NCBI GenBank assembly: GCA_050084515.1
Contig: CM114271.1
Span: forward strand, 49,662,001-49,726,000
DNA: 64,000 bases
Direction of reading: 5' to 3'
From: Blasia pusilla
Taxonomy: Eukaryota
Shown here: positions 14,551-43,108 of the stretch, in pieces
How positions within the stretch are numbered: position 1 is the stretch's first letter
Layout of the letters: each line of letters begins with the position of its first letter
Notes under the pieces: generated by a model
What the model was told of the DNA's origin: nothing
The model's input: the letters and a program-made list of their open reading frames with translations, nothing else
The model's database searches: none
Made by a program: the position numbers and the translations under genes

Positions 14551-16250
14551 GAGAAAATGATTGACCAGCAGAAGTATCTCCTTGTACAAAGTCAGAGCTA
14601 GCATAAGCTAGACCATCCATGATTTCAGCTTGTACACAATCAGCAAATCAGTCCCTATCTCTATTGCCAAATCAGAGCCCTACCATGATGTGACTCTTCT
14701 TACTATCTAAGAGATAATAAGAAGGATTCTACTCAGCCACATCTTGCACTCACACTACAGGTCCTCACATGTCACCAGTTCAGACATCAGACATGGCTCA
14801 CCATTGAGCACAAACAACCTCCATCAGCATACTAGACAAAACAACCTGCCTTCCAGTGAGGCTCTAGCAAGCACAACAATTAGTCTCAATCTCCTGTTCC
14901 TATTCTCTGATCACTCTGCAGTAGGACCAAGAGCCTCAAGAGTCCTCACCAAAATTGTGCATGCTGTAGAATTGACTTCGCTCTCTAAACAGAGACATTA
15001 TATACATGAGGGTGAGCACTTGGCCCTTGGATCTTCTTGAAGCAGATCCATACCTAAATAACAGATGGTGGCTAGCCCTAACTCGAGAATTGCCCTAATT
15101 CAAAGTTACCCTAAAAAGATAGAGGAACACTAATTTATCTCTAGTTAACTAAATTAGTATCCAACTAAGTTAGTATTTGACTAACTATTTTTAGGGCATG
15201 ACTAAATTAGATATTAACAAATTTCAACAGATCATATATATTTTGACCTGGTGCGTTGAGTTGCAGAAACTAAATGTTCTGCGGCCAAGAATTAAAAAGT
15301 TAAATTATATGAAGAGACATACAATTGAAGAATTCATTCTTTTTGTAAAGGAAGTATGTATGGATATATGAGACGTAGGGTGAGATAATATCGAGATCTT
15401 AGAGGGATCTTGCACTTCTCCATTTTGAGAGGTCATACGTAATCTGTTTTTAGGAGGTAACATACAAACGTAAATCACTTTTTCTTTTATGAGGAGTAAC
15501 AACCTTGGAAAGGTTGTTACCCTCTTATCCTTTGTGGGAAACCACTTGGGCCTACACGACCTAAGGGTCAGTTGGCACTTGAGTAGTAGTTGGTCTTGGG
15601 AGAGGACTATGTAAATAGTTGGTAAGAAGTTAATATCTTGTGTACTCTACCCTAATATCTTGTACGTATAGGTCATTCATGGAGGTGCCTAAAGGGGAAT
15701 ACCTTGGATGAAGCTCATTTGGAGATTATCTCCTTTAGATCAGACCCATGTTAGATTCCCTGATATTGTGTAGCTCACATGTATTGAGCTTGGATTCTCT
15801 TTTGTTGTCGTGCACCTACTCCTTGAACGTTAATCTTTGTTGTTGCAAAAGCATACGTGCAATAAGACACGCTCTCAATGTTGATTTGCATCCAAACACG
15901 CACTCACGTTAGTCGGGTCTGGATCAATCAGCGGTTCTAACTTGTCGAGTTCTCGATCCGACCTCTCATCAAGCTCGACCTTCCTAGTTTTGCGGTTTAC
16001 AATACAGGGAAGTCTTTGAAGACTTGGGACATACTTTATGTTCGGTTCAAGAACCTCAAACGGCGTTTCGATGTCTGGCCGTTCCGACTCTCCAATGGAC
16101 ATCCGATGAGTCCCTAGTCGCAAGTCGCGAAAATGAATCGCGGGTTGGAATCTAAGGGTGGCTTACGAAGTCCACTCCCTTGGATCAGGTTTGGGTTTCG
16201 AGTTCCAACGTCAAACTCTCGTTCCATCCCGGGCCCTTGAGACGCCGTTT

Positions 16251-16542
16251 GGTGGTTGCACAAAAACAGATAAGTCCTTCCTTAGAACGGACATGTCCAC
16301 GGATATGGGTTCTAAGAGGTGGGATCCACACTTTTTGTCCGTGATGGAAGGCAAGGCAAGAATGAGGAGAGCAATGAGGGAGGAGGGAGTGGACCTGAAG
16401 GGAGGAAGAAATGGAGGAGTATGGAACACGAAGGCAAGTAAGGGGAATGAGAAAAATGGGAAAGATGGGGCCCATACGCACAAGTCCTTCTATAGGACGG
16501 ACATGAGTCGATGGATAGTGACTTTGTCGACATGCAACCTTG
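16251..16542 (-). mobile_element. ~290-bp hAT-type MITE, copy 1
   Basis: Reverse-complement similar to 49862-50168 and 51525-51830; ends ggttgca...tgcaaccttg; ttggtg duplicated on both flanks. Confidence 0.75.
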
Positions 16543-17966
16543 TTGGTGCCCAAAGTGGAGTTCATGTTCCAAGACTCCTTGGGGAGACTCCCCCTTACTA
16601 GTACTTTAGGGGATCCCCGTCCTCCCCCTAACTTTAGGAAAAGATACTTGAGTCCCTCAAATTGGCCCTCAACTCGATTACTCTCACAATTTTTATCGGC
16701 CAATTTCTCATCCTGTACTTATGCGTTTTCTAAGATTTTTGTTGCGCTGGAAGCGTCTCAGGATAAGATTTCCAACGCGCTCTTATTTGTCCCAAACTCA
16801 TCTTGGGACTAAACTTTATAGTCCGAAACACAGTTAAAATTCCCAAACGCTAGTCGTGTTCTAAAATTGGTTCTCACCTCTTTGGCAACCAACCTTCCAA
16901 GACTCAACTCATCTCAAGTCTTGGTGCATATTTGGTCCTGGTTTCTTGGTCGCGACCTCAAACGCATGAAACGCACAACTTTATTTTGCGTTTCGTCCCT
17001 TAGACTTTTCCAAGAGACCTTCCCAAAATCCTCTCCAAAGCGTGATCATTGTAGCCTGAGTCCACTAGAGTTCTGATGTTCCGCTTGGCCTATTTGGTGT
17101 TCGTTTGGTTATGAGGGTTGCGACACTTGTAGAGTGGGCTAGGATTTCTCGTAGATCCCACTTTCAGAGTTAATTGCAGATTGTCTATTATTGCTACTTT
17201 AGTGTGTGTCATTGTGTGGATGCTTGGATGAGGCATAGTTGATTGCAGATTTCATCAATTTCATATTTAATATTTAAGGAAGATGAGTATTTCTTCTTAG
17301 CAATAAGAGAAATGAAGATTCAATTTTAGGTGTAGAGTGCAAGTGAGATGCCTTGGATTTGCAAGAAATGCAAGCTAGTACATCCAGACCATGTGGGAGT
17401 ATATGGGGCAAACAAATTGCTGAAATCAAAGTCAAATTTCAAATTTGAGAAATCTGTTGAAATGCAAGAAGACTAACAAGGATTGAAGAGGGAAAGGCTT
17501 CTCAATTTTATTGGAGTAGCAAAAGAATGGAGCAATTGAGAATCAGATTTTAAGGACAGAGTTTATGAGATGATTCTAGTGAAAAAATCAATGGCCATTG
17601 TGTCCTAATTGAGTATGGGCAAATCAACAAGTGCATGGGCACTCCATTGTTGCTTTTGAATGAGATTTACTTGGTTCTGGACCAAATTGGATGGAAGTTG
17701 GACGTGAGGATAATCAAGCAAGGAGAGAAAGTGAGGTAGCTATTATTGTGTTATATTGTGCAATCATTGGAACCATTGCAAAAAATCGAGGCCAATAGTA
17801 AAGATAAGGAAAAAAAACATAGCTCGTTTGAGAAAGATTCAAAATATTCCCCGCTATCGCATAAATTTTGTGTATAGTCGATGGCCGATGTGGAAAGGGC
17901 TTGTGAGAGGCACTAGAGTTGCTTCTTGAGATATCAAAAAGAAGTGACGACATGAGGTTCTTACTC

Positions 17967-19061
17967 TATTGGAACTCAAGTTCCGATATATGTTGCTAGT
18001 GGACATGGTTTAGAAAGGCAAGGAAGGCACTACATGGTGTAGATTTCCTTCTGTGAGAGGTTGAACATATTTGGATGCCACTAGAGTGGAGGAACTATCA
18101 TCATGATTTTGGAGTTGTTATTGTGGAGTATTTGGAGTATGCTATCTAGGAAGCTAGTGAAGTGGAGGGGAGATATAAGAGCTTAAGTTCCGAATGTGAA
18201 AGGTGAGCCCTTCCACAAGGCAGTCCAAGAACAAATTGATGTAAGAGGGAATTGGAACTCAAGTTTTGATTGAGCAGTAGTTGCGTAGTGATACGTCTTA
18301 ACTGTGCAAAGGTCATCTTTACAGGATGGCGTTGAGCCTAGGCGTGTTTGAACCGTATGGTTGTCATCTCGACGGCGTGGCGTAGGTGACAAGGAAGTAA
18401 TGGAGGAAATTATAACCTAAGTTCCAATTCGGTCATAATGGAGCCTTGATGTGTCTTAATTGTGTGGTGGTGAGTTTTACGATGTGGCGTATGCGACAAT
18501 GAAGTGAAGAGAGACATTTGGAACTCAAGTTCCAATTCAACCATAAGTGAGCAACAACTCATCTTGGTTGGTTGTTTTGTGGTTCACTCTACAACACGGA
18601 ATGGAGAGGATAATGAGGGCAATTGGAACTCAAGTTCTAATTCCAGTTTTCTGCCCACCTATGAGGTAAGGGCAATGAAACTATGCAACATGACGTAGAG
18701 AGGAAAGAGTGAGGAATCAAAACTCAAGTTCCTATTCCACCACTCTTGCATATGAGGCACATAGCAAAGATGAAGGAGGGAGGAATCACAACTCAAGTTC
18801 CTATTCTGCAACTCTTTTCTGGGGGGGGGCAAAACATGCGGTGCAAAAAGAAACGAGTGAAAATTTTGAACGTAAGGTCCAATTTCGGCCGTCTTTCATG
18901 TGAGGGATTTTTTGCCCAAGTTTCAGCGAGTTTCCCTATTAAGCGCGGCGCAACAAGCAATTGAAACTCAATTTCCTATTGGATCAATTGTCCCTTCTTT
19001 CACCAGGTGGGCTCTCTGGCTAAGAGAGCAATGAGGAGGAATCGGAACCCAATTTCTAATT
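17967..19061. repeat. Irregular array of about 10 palindromic 22-bp motifs, consensus AATTGGAAC-TCAA-GTTCCAATT
   Basis: Copies near 17967, 18176 (weak), 18250, 18408, 18516, 18621, 18715, 18784, 18959 and 19040. Confidence 0.8.
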
Positions 19062-21873
19062 CCACCTATCCGTCTCATGTGAAACTGGCGCAATAAAGAA
19101 GTGAGCAAGTGAATCATGAGTTTCTTGGCACTCAGAGGCTTGGAGGCAAGATAGACATCAAAGGTGTACAAGTGAGCATGAGATTAGGGCCCCAACAACA
19201 AGCAAGCCAGCTTGTTGCTGAGGAAATTCAGCATAATTTCTAGTTCACCCATCATAATTCTATTCCTCTAAAATGTGCTTAACTTGGGAGTTCTTATGTA
19301 TGTGGTGTTACCAACATACTCACAAGGAGGTGATGACTAGTTGTTGAACACATGGGTATTTACCCACTTTCCTTGATGTTACAAGGATGATTGAGGGGTG
19401 ATTTTTTGGCGATAGTGGAGAAGTAGGTCACATATATTCTTGTTAGCATGTTGATGAGTGCGCGACACTATCACAACTATTGTAGGGAACTTTGGTGAGA
19501 TGGATTAATACGACACTAGTGACTAGTCGAGAGGGACTAAGTGTGCAGGCTATTTTCCAAGTGTCGGTCTCAAGTGAGATAGGTGGAGACGTGTCTACGA
19601 TTTAGACATTGTCTAGCCGAGATTTTGCAGATTGGGAGGGGCTAGGTGAGCTTCTACGTTTCACCACGTCATATCCATTTGTCAAATTTGTTTCAAGCTA
19701 TTTATCATGTAGCTAGTTTAGATTGTTTTTGCATTGGCTTTGTTCCCATTGTCCTTTTTCATTCCATTTTGTATTTCTTGACTCCTTCCCTTCTTGGGAT
19801 GTTATTTCCTTTCTTTGTCCTTTTTAGGGTTTTTTTAATAAATAAAGTGGAATTTCCTTTAATTCTTGTTTATTAGTCACATGTTAACCCACGTGGAGAA
19901 AAATTTTCTCAGATCCTAGAAGTGTATATGACTCGACACCCACTGAGATTTTGCTCATATCTTGTATTTCTTGAATTCACAAGATCATGCCTCTTCCACG
20001 ATATATATATTCTTCATTTCCAACAAATTCCAAAATTCCAAAATCCCAATACTATCATCTTTTGACTTCAATAATTTTGTGAACTCATTCAAATTTTTCA
20101 TAAATTCAACAGAAATTTACATATCCATCATTGGATTATCATGCGTTTCACCATGTATATTAACCTTTTCACTCCTATAAAAGTGAATTTCACAACTCTT
20201 ACTAAAAAGTTGCCCATTATCCAAATCATTTCACACGTACGATCTCTTAAACTTTTCTTTCCCTAAACGTAATAATCCTTTTCACTTAATCATCAATCAA
20301 TGCACTTTTTATTTTGTCTCTACTCCCATATTCCGTTTGCAGTGTGAGGAAAGTGTGTTACCTGAAATTTGAGGAAATTTGTTTGCTGTGTTTTGGCACA
20401 TCTTTTTTTAAGAAGTAGGTAAAAGTTTTGGGCACAATTGGTAGGAAAAGAGAGGGATTGCCGAAGGTGGCTATTGTGGACTTTTTAGAATTTCATGTCA
20501 TAACTTTTTAGCCATGGAATGATTGAGTATTGATATGCAAAGGTGTCGGATCTTCACTTACGAAATAATTGAATGAGTTGACACTAGTGTGAGTTGCAAA
20601 AGTGTGAATGTGAATTAATCATGAGAGGCCAAACTGATTAGGAAACCAACGGGCTCATGTATTTTCAATAAGTCCACTGGTTTTTTCGTGAACAGGGACT
20701 TCGAAGCCTTTTAGTGTGTTTTTTGCAACTTTTACAAGTCTGCAGTCGTAGGAGACACTATAATTTCTCATGTAACTCTAAGGGTACTAACCTAATCTGA
20801 CGCAATAACAAATTAATTGGGCATAACTTTTCGTGGAGAGCTTGGAAAATTTTGTTTAAGGGACGTGGTAAATATCAAATCTAGAGCTGTACAACTTTGC
20901 TGGGTATCACCTTTCGTAAGGAGTTGCATAAGTATCAAGGTGCCCCTCATATGTCAAGATCATAATTATTGAGTAGAAATTAATGAAGACAGGAAAATCT
21001 ATGTGACAGGATCTTAGGTCAAATGTTGGGTGGTAGACAAAGGAGAGTCCCAAACCGATCTAGCATACAGACAGTATAGCAGGAGAGTGATGAGGGGTCA
21101 CGGCATTCCATGAGGGATTATTAGAGGTGCGATGTTTGCATCTTGTAGATCCATAATCATACACACTATATTCTTATTCAAATTCTTACCACAACTGCTT
21201 GCTTCAATTCAAATTAGTTTCATGCTCATCTCACACATGGAAACAAAGTAATTTAAAGATAATTTTTTAGATTCATCTTTTTTAAAAAAAATTGGATTCC
21301 TATCCCTTAATAAACACTCCATTCCTCCCCTTCCCATTCCCAAATAACCACCATTTCTCCTTTAGAAGAAGTAACACTTTTAATGAACACCACATTCTTC
21401 GCTAAAAATAATTCTCATTTCTGCACTTCCACTCGGCGGACACTACCCCTCTCCTCCAAGATTCAAACGTGACCGCTATCACTCCCTAAAATTTTACACC
21501 CAAAGTGTGGAACCTCCGTAGGGAAAATCAAATTACTATTTTGTCTTATCATCCATGCCGTCTTCCCAAGAATAGGAAAGATTTGGGAGCAACCAAAAGA
21601 AAGCCCAATGACAACATGACAATAGCATTTAGGTGTTGATAAAATACCCTGCATTTACTGGTGTGTCTAATCGAGTATCATTCATGACAGGTACACGCGG
21701 ACAGTAACAAACGATTAATGAAATATTCTCAAAATTGACTATGTGGCGAACACATAAATATTAAACTTTACCGACTTTGGAACTGGGAACGAGTTCTGGT
21801 GGCTGACCGCTGACCCAAGTGTAAGTAAAGAATTCAAATGAGAATCGCCAATGAGTAGTTGGACGACTCAGAT

Positions 21874-36380
<14,507 letters not shown>

Positions 36381-37349
36381 TTTCCCGATCAGCTCCGATC
36401 CCTCTCGTCAATTGCTGCAACCGCTCGTCTTCTCGAATTCGTTTCTCCCTCTCCACAAACATTCCCAACTCCACACCTCGCGCCGCTCATAACTCCTCCC
36501 TCCCTCCTCTTCCTCCTCCCTTTCTGGATCCTCTCCGAGCTGCCGCCTCGTAATCCATCCAGGCTCCGTCTCTCGCTCGATCCTAAATTTCTTCGACACT
36601 TTCTCCTCCTCCTGTTTGCACGCACTTCTCACATTAAGTTCGCAATTGCAGCCTCCTCGTTGTAGCAGATTTCAATCGAATGGCAGACCTGCCGCACAGA
36701 TCTCCTCCCACGGATTCCCTTCACGCTCTCCCGCTCCCTCTCCCCCTCCGCCTCCCCTCCCTAGCCTTTCTCACACCTGGGACGACAAATAAACGAGGCC
36801 CGCTTGTGCACTGTTCCACGTCACCAACCACCGTCGTCCCCAGTCCGACGGCGTCTCTCACCGTCAGCCCGCGCATCCAACTCTGTCAGGGCGTCCAGGA
36901 ATGTCAGGGCGTCCACTGATGGATCATTCAGAATCGGGCCCGGCATACACTGGCCCTGGTCGTGCCACTCCCGGGGAAGGAAACCCACACGGAAGCCACC
37001 CACTCACGGTCAAATCAAATGAACTTTCGTTTCCCCAAAATGAATGAACGAGGCTATAAGAAAATTTATACTATTATTTGCGAACGCCCATGTGAATGAC
37101 ACGTGACAATTGGTAACAAGTATGTGCTTGGTGCATTTTAAAGCATGAAGGAACATGTTACGGTAACTGCTAGAAATGCATGGTATTAACTTTGTTGAGA
37201 AAATTTCACATGCGGTTAGAACACACTAATGGACGTAACGTCCGTTTGAGTTCACCCCCTACAATTTTTAATCGATTTCAAATTAATTTTGAATGTTTTC
37301 TTGGTCTAGAGATTTAATAATCCAATTGGTTAAGAGGGTGAATCATTTA

Positions 37350-37464
37350 TCTATGTAATTAAAAGAGGATGTGACAAATAGTAAAATTTATGAAATCTAC
37401 TAGTTGAATTTAAATTAACTAACGAAATGCTTTCCACCCATGCGTAGCACATACATTATACTAG
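37350..37464 (+). mobile_element. Putative mini non-autonomous Helitron
   Basis: Starts a|TCTATGTAATTAAAAGAGGATG and ends with a degenerate hairpin (catgcgtagcacat) followed by CTAG. The same 5' signature recurs at 37836 (-), 48110 (+) and 56965 (+). Confidence 0.5.
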
Positions 37465-37966
37465 ATCTATTCATTACGAGAGCATAATGTCAAGAAAATC
37501 GATGTTTGAAAATTAAAGGGGCACTCTTCAATAATAATCTAAATAGAAGCACAACATTAGTCATCATTAGAATTGTAGTGTACAAATATCGTGCAAGTAA
37601 GAAATTGTGCCATTGGAACTATGGAAGTACCACACTATAAATCACTAGTAAGTTGTATTTATTATGCACATGCATTTTATATTATTCTTTCAAATTATTT
37701 TTGTTTTGACTTAACTCCTTACTCTTAACTTAAATCTTCAAAATGGCACATATTAGTATGAGAGGAGTTTTCAAAGAATAGGTGTCAACCTCAAGAGGAG
37801 GGATCTTGTAAACCCATCCTCTCTTAAAAATATAGATGTACGTTAAAAATATAGATTCACTATTGCATTTGATATGGTCATACATGCAAGGTGCAGAATT
37901 TACAAGTTCCTTGCAAAATTGATGCAACAACATGTCTATTGTCAAAGCAATGCATCATATTCTCGT

Positions 37967-38093
37967 GATAAAATAATACACATATTATGTGCCTCATTTA
38001 GAACACATGCGAACAATGAGAAATAGCTATGATACAATAATACACATATTATGTGTCTGATTTAGAACACGTGCGAACAATGAGAAATATCTA
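37967..38093. repeat. Tandem duplication, 64-bp period, 2 copies
   Basis: gata(a/c)aataatacacatattatgtg...tttagaacac(a/g)tgcgaacaatgagaaata at 37967 and 38031. Confidence 0.9.
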
Positions 38094-40329
38094 AATATAG
38101 TGTTGTAATGTTGGGTTTCTCTCATCTAATTATGCCAAGGACTAACATTGCAATAATTTTGTGATGGGCATATGTGCATTATACAGATCGCATCATTGGC
38201 ATTGCGTAGTTGCATACATGTGTTACACATTCACAACCATAATAGAAAGAAAATTCTTAAACATGCATGGAATGTGTGTTACATACATGTGTGTTAAAAT
38301 AATTTTTTATTGATTACAAAAAGATGTTGGAACTGGAATATGTTGTAATACCAAACCTTCAAATGCAATTCAATTCATAGCATGCAATAATTGAGTAAGT
38401 CTTGGACTACTTACAACTCCAAAAATCATAACACTTGATAAAAAAAAAGATGCTTGTAATAATAGTTTTAAGCCTAGATAAAAAAATTGCTATTTCAGAT
38501 TATGCAATGTATTAAAAGCGTAATTGTGACATGCCCCCATGTAACATAACTAAGATTGACAGTCGGTGAGTAGTACCTACAAGCACGTATTGCCCAAAAC
38601 ATTTGCAATTAAAACAAACTAAATCCAAATATTACCATTAAAAGAGGAGTTCAATGGCTCAAGACAGAGTAGGATTTACCATCTTCAATTTCTAAGAATG
38701 GATTTTCTTAGAAGATCCTATAATATTAAAAACTAATGATATTATGAAATTCCAACCTAAAATACTATCACCAATAAACAAGCATATGATATGAGTGGGA
38801 AGACATTGTGAAGAAGGGATCATATTTTATGCATCGGTTGATAGAATTTTATGTAATATTGATATATATTGGTATACCTTCATTACAAATGACAATAAAA
38901 TTAATTAGCTTTAGAAAAATATCTGATAGGCATAAGAGATCTATAATATAAAAGATTCGGTAATGATAAGCACGTTGCAATATCAAATGTTGGGGGTGCC
39001 AACATATTGAGAGGACATACATGCAACCTCAATTTAACTCCATGGTTGAGTTCTTCTGGTTGTTGGGGGAAGAACTATCAAGGGGAAAAGATTAAGAAAC
39101 TTTGTGAGTTGCATGAGTTTTTGTTGATGTTCGATAGAAGCTACAAACACAAGTTGTTTGGTTTGGGCCATATGAGGAGTGACTAAGGGGCACGTGGTAC
39201 AATACTTGTGTGGAACACTTGATCATGAGTTGCGACGGTGGGGGCACAATAGTGAATTGATGACCCTACCAAAGGAGTCCGCTCTATAGGAGGTGTTTTC
39301 GGTGTCTAAGTGTATTGTTTGAATACTACTTTAGACCTCGCTTTAGACCAGATGGTGGTGTGGTGCTTTGCAAGAGAGCCAACATGTGACACAACATCAA
39401 AAATTTGGAGATTGTTGCAACATGCATGTACGATGGTATGGTTGCGGAGAGGGGTCAAGATGCCCCCCTATGCACTCGAAATAATCAGGTTTGTTCTCTC
39501 CTTTGTGTGTTATTGGGATCTGGATATGACTTGTTGGTCGTGCGGTGATGCTCTCAAAAAAAAAACTTATTGTCATCAACAAGGTGAATGGGTGATGTTG
39601 ACACCTTAAGAGATGGGGTACCATGCCTATACGTGCGATGATAACTTTTTCATTGTCCAAGTCACACCCATGAGCAATATTTTCATCTTCACCATGATTT
39701 GAGAGTTTGTGGAGTATTGGTGCCTAGTGGTGCACCAAGTGGTGGTAAAGATCATGGTGGAGGACCCTAGGGCATCCAAGGTGGTCCAAGGTTTGGTGAT
39801 AGTCAAGAACCACCGATCATGAGAGTTGATGGAGATGGTGTGTCTCACAATGATTTTTGCACCATGATCGCCACCCTAGAGTAGTGGGTGGTTTTTGACA
39901 AATACTAGTAGTGGAGTTGCTTTGATAACGATGTCATGCGGTGATGTAGGGTTTGCGTGATTGCATTCAATTTTTGGGCAATGTGCAGAAATTGAATGTT
40001 GTTGTGTTGTTGAGATCCATGGTATAACTAAAGCATATAAGGCGCATGGTGTTGATATGGAGTTGCACCCATAGTGAGGTAAGGTTGGTTGACATGGTTA
40101 CTATTTCCTTGGCTTGCACCATTGACTCATCAATTTCATGCCTTGATCCAAGACTTGCCATTATCTCATATTGGGTGACCCTACTTCTATAATTTCTTTA
40201 TCTCAAAAGCCATCCCAACTTCACACCCAAGGTCTCCCTTGATCTGTGTGGGTGCCCTCAATCTGACAATAGGCTTTACCATATCCCTAGCAAATCAACC
40301 TTGGCTATTGTTGATCTGGATATGACGAC

Positions 40330-43108
40330 ATGCGGTACCCGCACATGAACGTAGACGAGCTTGATTAGCGTCGGAGGATGCCTATGAGAGAATGCTGGAA
40401 AAGTTGATTTGATGCAGATTCTCGAAGATATGCTCTTGAAGTCGATCAAGCCCTTCTGTAAGTAGTTGACTGAAAGGGGGTAGAATTTCTTGTGTAGCAA
40501 GAAAAAGAAGAGCTCGTGCAGATCTTAGTTGTTGTTGAAATAACAAGTCCCCCTCCTCGACATGGGCGATATGATCCATCAAGATAGGTGTATCTCCTTG
40601 GAGAAACCTTGAAGCCATAATCGGTGCTACCAACGCCCAACTCCCCAAAAAGGCTGCGAGAGCATATGTGACTGTGGAGGATAGTCCCACCCCTCCAAAA
40701 GAAATAGGCAAGATAGCTTGTCGTGAAGCAAAGACACCATCCTCTCCCTCAAAGGTATTCGGGCCAAGAAGTTGACCAAAAGTTGCCAAGATAGAAGCAT
40801 CAAAAGAGGCCAGCCGATGTAAGAAGCTTGAAGTGGGAGGACAAGTGCGAAGAAGGTAGGAAGGACGTCGAAGAAAATATTGGGAGAGAATCCCATAAGC
40901 CACTTGGGGATCCCCAAGATGAGGTAATAAATGAAGCCATTCCACGTCTTTCAAAAGGGCCTCATCCAAGAACTTTGAGACATAGTTGATGAAGCCAATT
41001 GGGACCCCAAGAACTCTAACCCCTTCAATGTAAATGGGAAAATCAGGAGTAGGTGGGGTGAATGTGAAGGCATGAAGGAGACCATACTCCACATTTACTA
41101 GGTTGGACTTTAAGGTTTAAGAAAGAGAGTTACTCCACGAAATGGGTATAAGCAGGAACCACTTCAAAAGGAGGACCTAAAATGTGAGTGTCATCAGCAA
41201 TAGAAGGGAAAAGACAAGATGGAAATGCTTGCGCTGATGCTCGAAGGGCACGAAAATGGGCAATGGCAAAGAGTGGCCCCCCCCATGGGATCACCTTGAC
41301 GTGTGCCACAAGTCGATTGTAGAATATTATATTCCCCAAGAGTAGCATGATGGGAATAGATAATGGGCATATCATAGGCATAGAAGGAGCGAACAAATTG
41401 AATGAGGCTCGCGAGTTGTCCTCCTGCACAACGTAATTCCTCAAAGATGGCCGCACGAGAAATTGAATTGAATGCGTTAGCCACATCGACTTGAATTGCT
41501 ACCCAATCTGGATGAATATCAAGAGTGGAGCGAATCCTATGCACCACAGCCTCACAACCTCCAGGAGTTGCCACTCCAAATTGATGAGGAAATAAGTGGG
41601 CACTAAAGTGAGGACAAAATTGCAAGCATAGGGATCGACTAACCAAGCGGTATAAAACCTCTCCAATAGCCAAAGGGCGCACACTTGAAGGAGGCTTATC
41701 CATAGCCAACAAACGACAAGCCCCTAAGAGCCTAGAGATAGAGAATGGGAGACGACCTGCCGCCATATGTGCACACACCTTATATAGAGAGACAAAGCCA
41801 CTTGCTGAATCTGCTAGGATAAAGCAATCGCGGAGATGCTCAAAAACCATCCCTGATAGCCCGCTTGCTGATAAGCGAGGAGTATGCAAAAAAGCCCTTG
41901 TGAAAACCTCCAAGTCAAGGTATGCTGTATAGTCTTCCACAAAAGATGGAGCACCACCACTTGAAGGAGGATGAAGAGCTTTTAAGAGAGCCACAATTTC
42001 CGCACTTGGAACCGCCGGAGAAAGAGGACCCAATGCTTGAGACTGCACATGAAAACTCACCAACTTGCCCCAATAGTAGACTTCGTCGAAGGCGTTGTTG
42101 TATTGAAGGCCTCCCATGATTGGCATGTTGAGTGGGATGAGCCGCAACTAAGGCCTCAGCTCGAAGTACATGCTCATTCTGAAGATTCTCCCAATCCCCT
42201 GACATAAAGCGTTGAATACGTGTGGAGGTTTCACGATGACCCGTTGCATCCCCCCTTGGAGGGAGGACTAAAACCCATTGTGGGAAGAGTAATAGGAGAT
42301 ACCAAGCATTTATATCTGTGGGGTCACGCACTAACCTTTCTAATGGGAATAGCAAAGCTTGTTGGGTGATGGGGCGAAGAGCAATAGGAATGCGAGTGTA
42401 GAGTCTAGGACGAGGAAGACTTGGATGGAAAGAGCGAAGGAGATCAATTTGGCTTAACCAGGTCCAAGAAATTGTTGTGGAGAGTGAAGTAGGAGTTGGT
42501 ATCGGGTTAGGGATTGAAGGCCCATGCATGGATCGATAGTACCGCTGATGTCTTTTGATCCCATTAGGAGCAAAGTCCTTACCACAAGGTATGCAACGAA
42601 CCTTTGGTACAAATGGAGAAGTAGAAGGGTTACAAGGAGAGGAGGTGGGAGGTGCAAGAGGTGGTGATGGCCGACGATGAGGGGGTAAATAGGTTGGGGA
42701 AGGAGGAGGAAGAAGAGGGGAGATTCGGGTAGAATAGATGGGAGTTGGAAGCAAGGGCATAGATGAGATATGTGGGGATGGCAAAGTAGAAGGATTCGGT
42801 AATCATGGATCAGGATTAGGCTCAATAGGACAAGGCGAAGAAGGGAGAAGAGGAGAATCCGGAAGAAATGTAGCGAGTGTAATGGGTATATTAGCATCTG
42901 GAGGACAATGGCGAGATCGAAGATGAGGAGGTGAACCAGGGGGAGAGGTTACGGCTGTAGGAGGGCGTGTAAAACCAGATAAGCGAGTAGATGGAGAATC
43001 CAACTCAATCTCTGATGACATAGAAGTAAAGGTAGGCAAGTCTCCGAAGACAAGAAAAGACATACGAAACGTGGTTTGGAGAAAGCATGAGGATAACGAA
43101 CAAAGCAA
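40330..43108 (-). mobile_element. CRE-clade non-LTR retrotransposon; single ORF broken by frameshifts, 3' end missing
   Basis: Pro/Ser-rich N-terminus, zinc finger CIPCGKDF...KRH, RT motifs VRPLAIGE, QFGVATPGGCEAVVH, DVANAFNSISR, QGDPMG, SIADDTHI and LGVPIG, then QAILPISFGGVGL; stops at ARLRSCAG. No APE endonuclease upstream of the RT. Confidence 0.85.

Noticed and set aside
17967..19061. True CRISPR array
   Set aside because: Spacing is irregular (about 70-210 bp), repeats are degenerate, there are no cas genes and the context is plant nuclear DNA.
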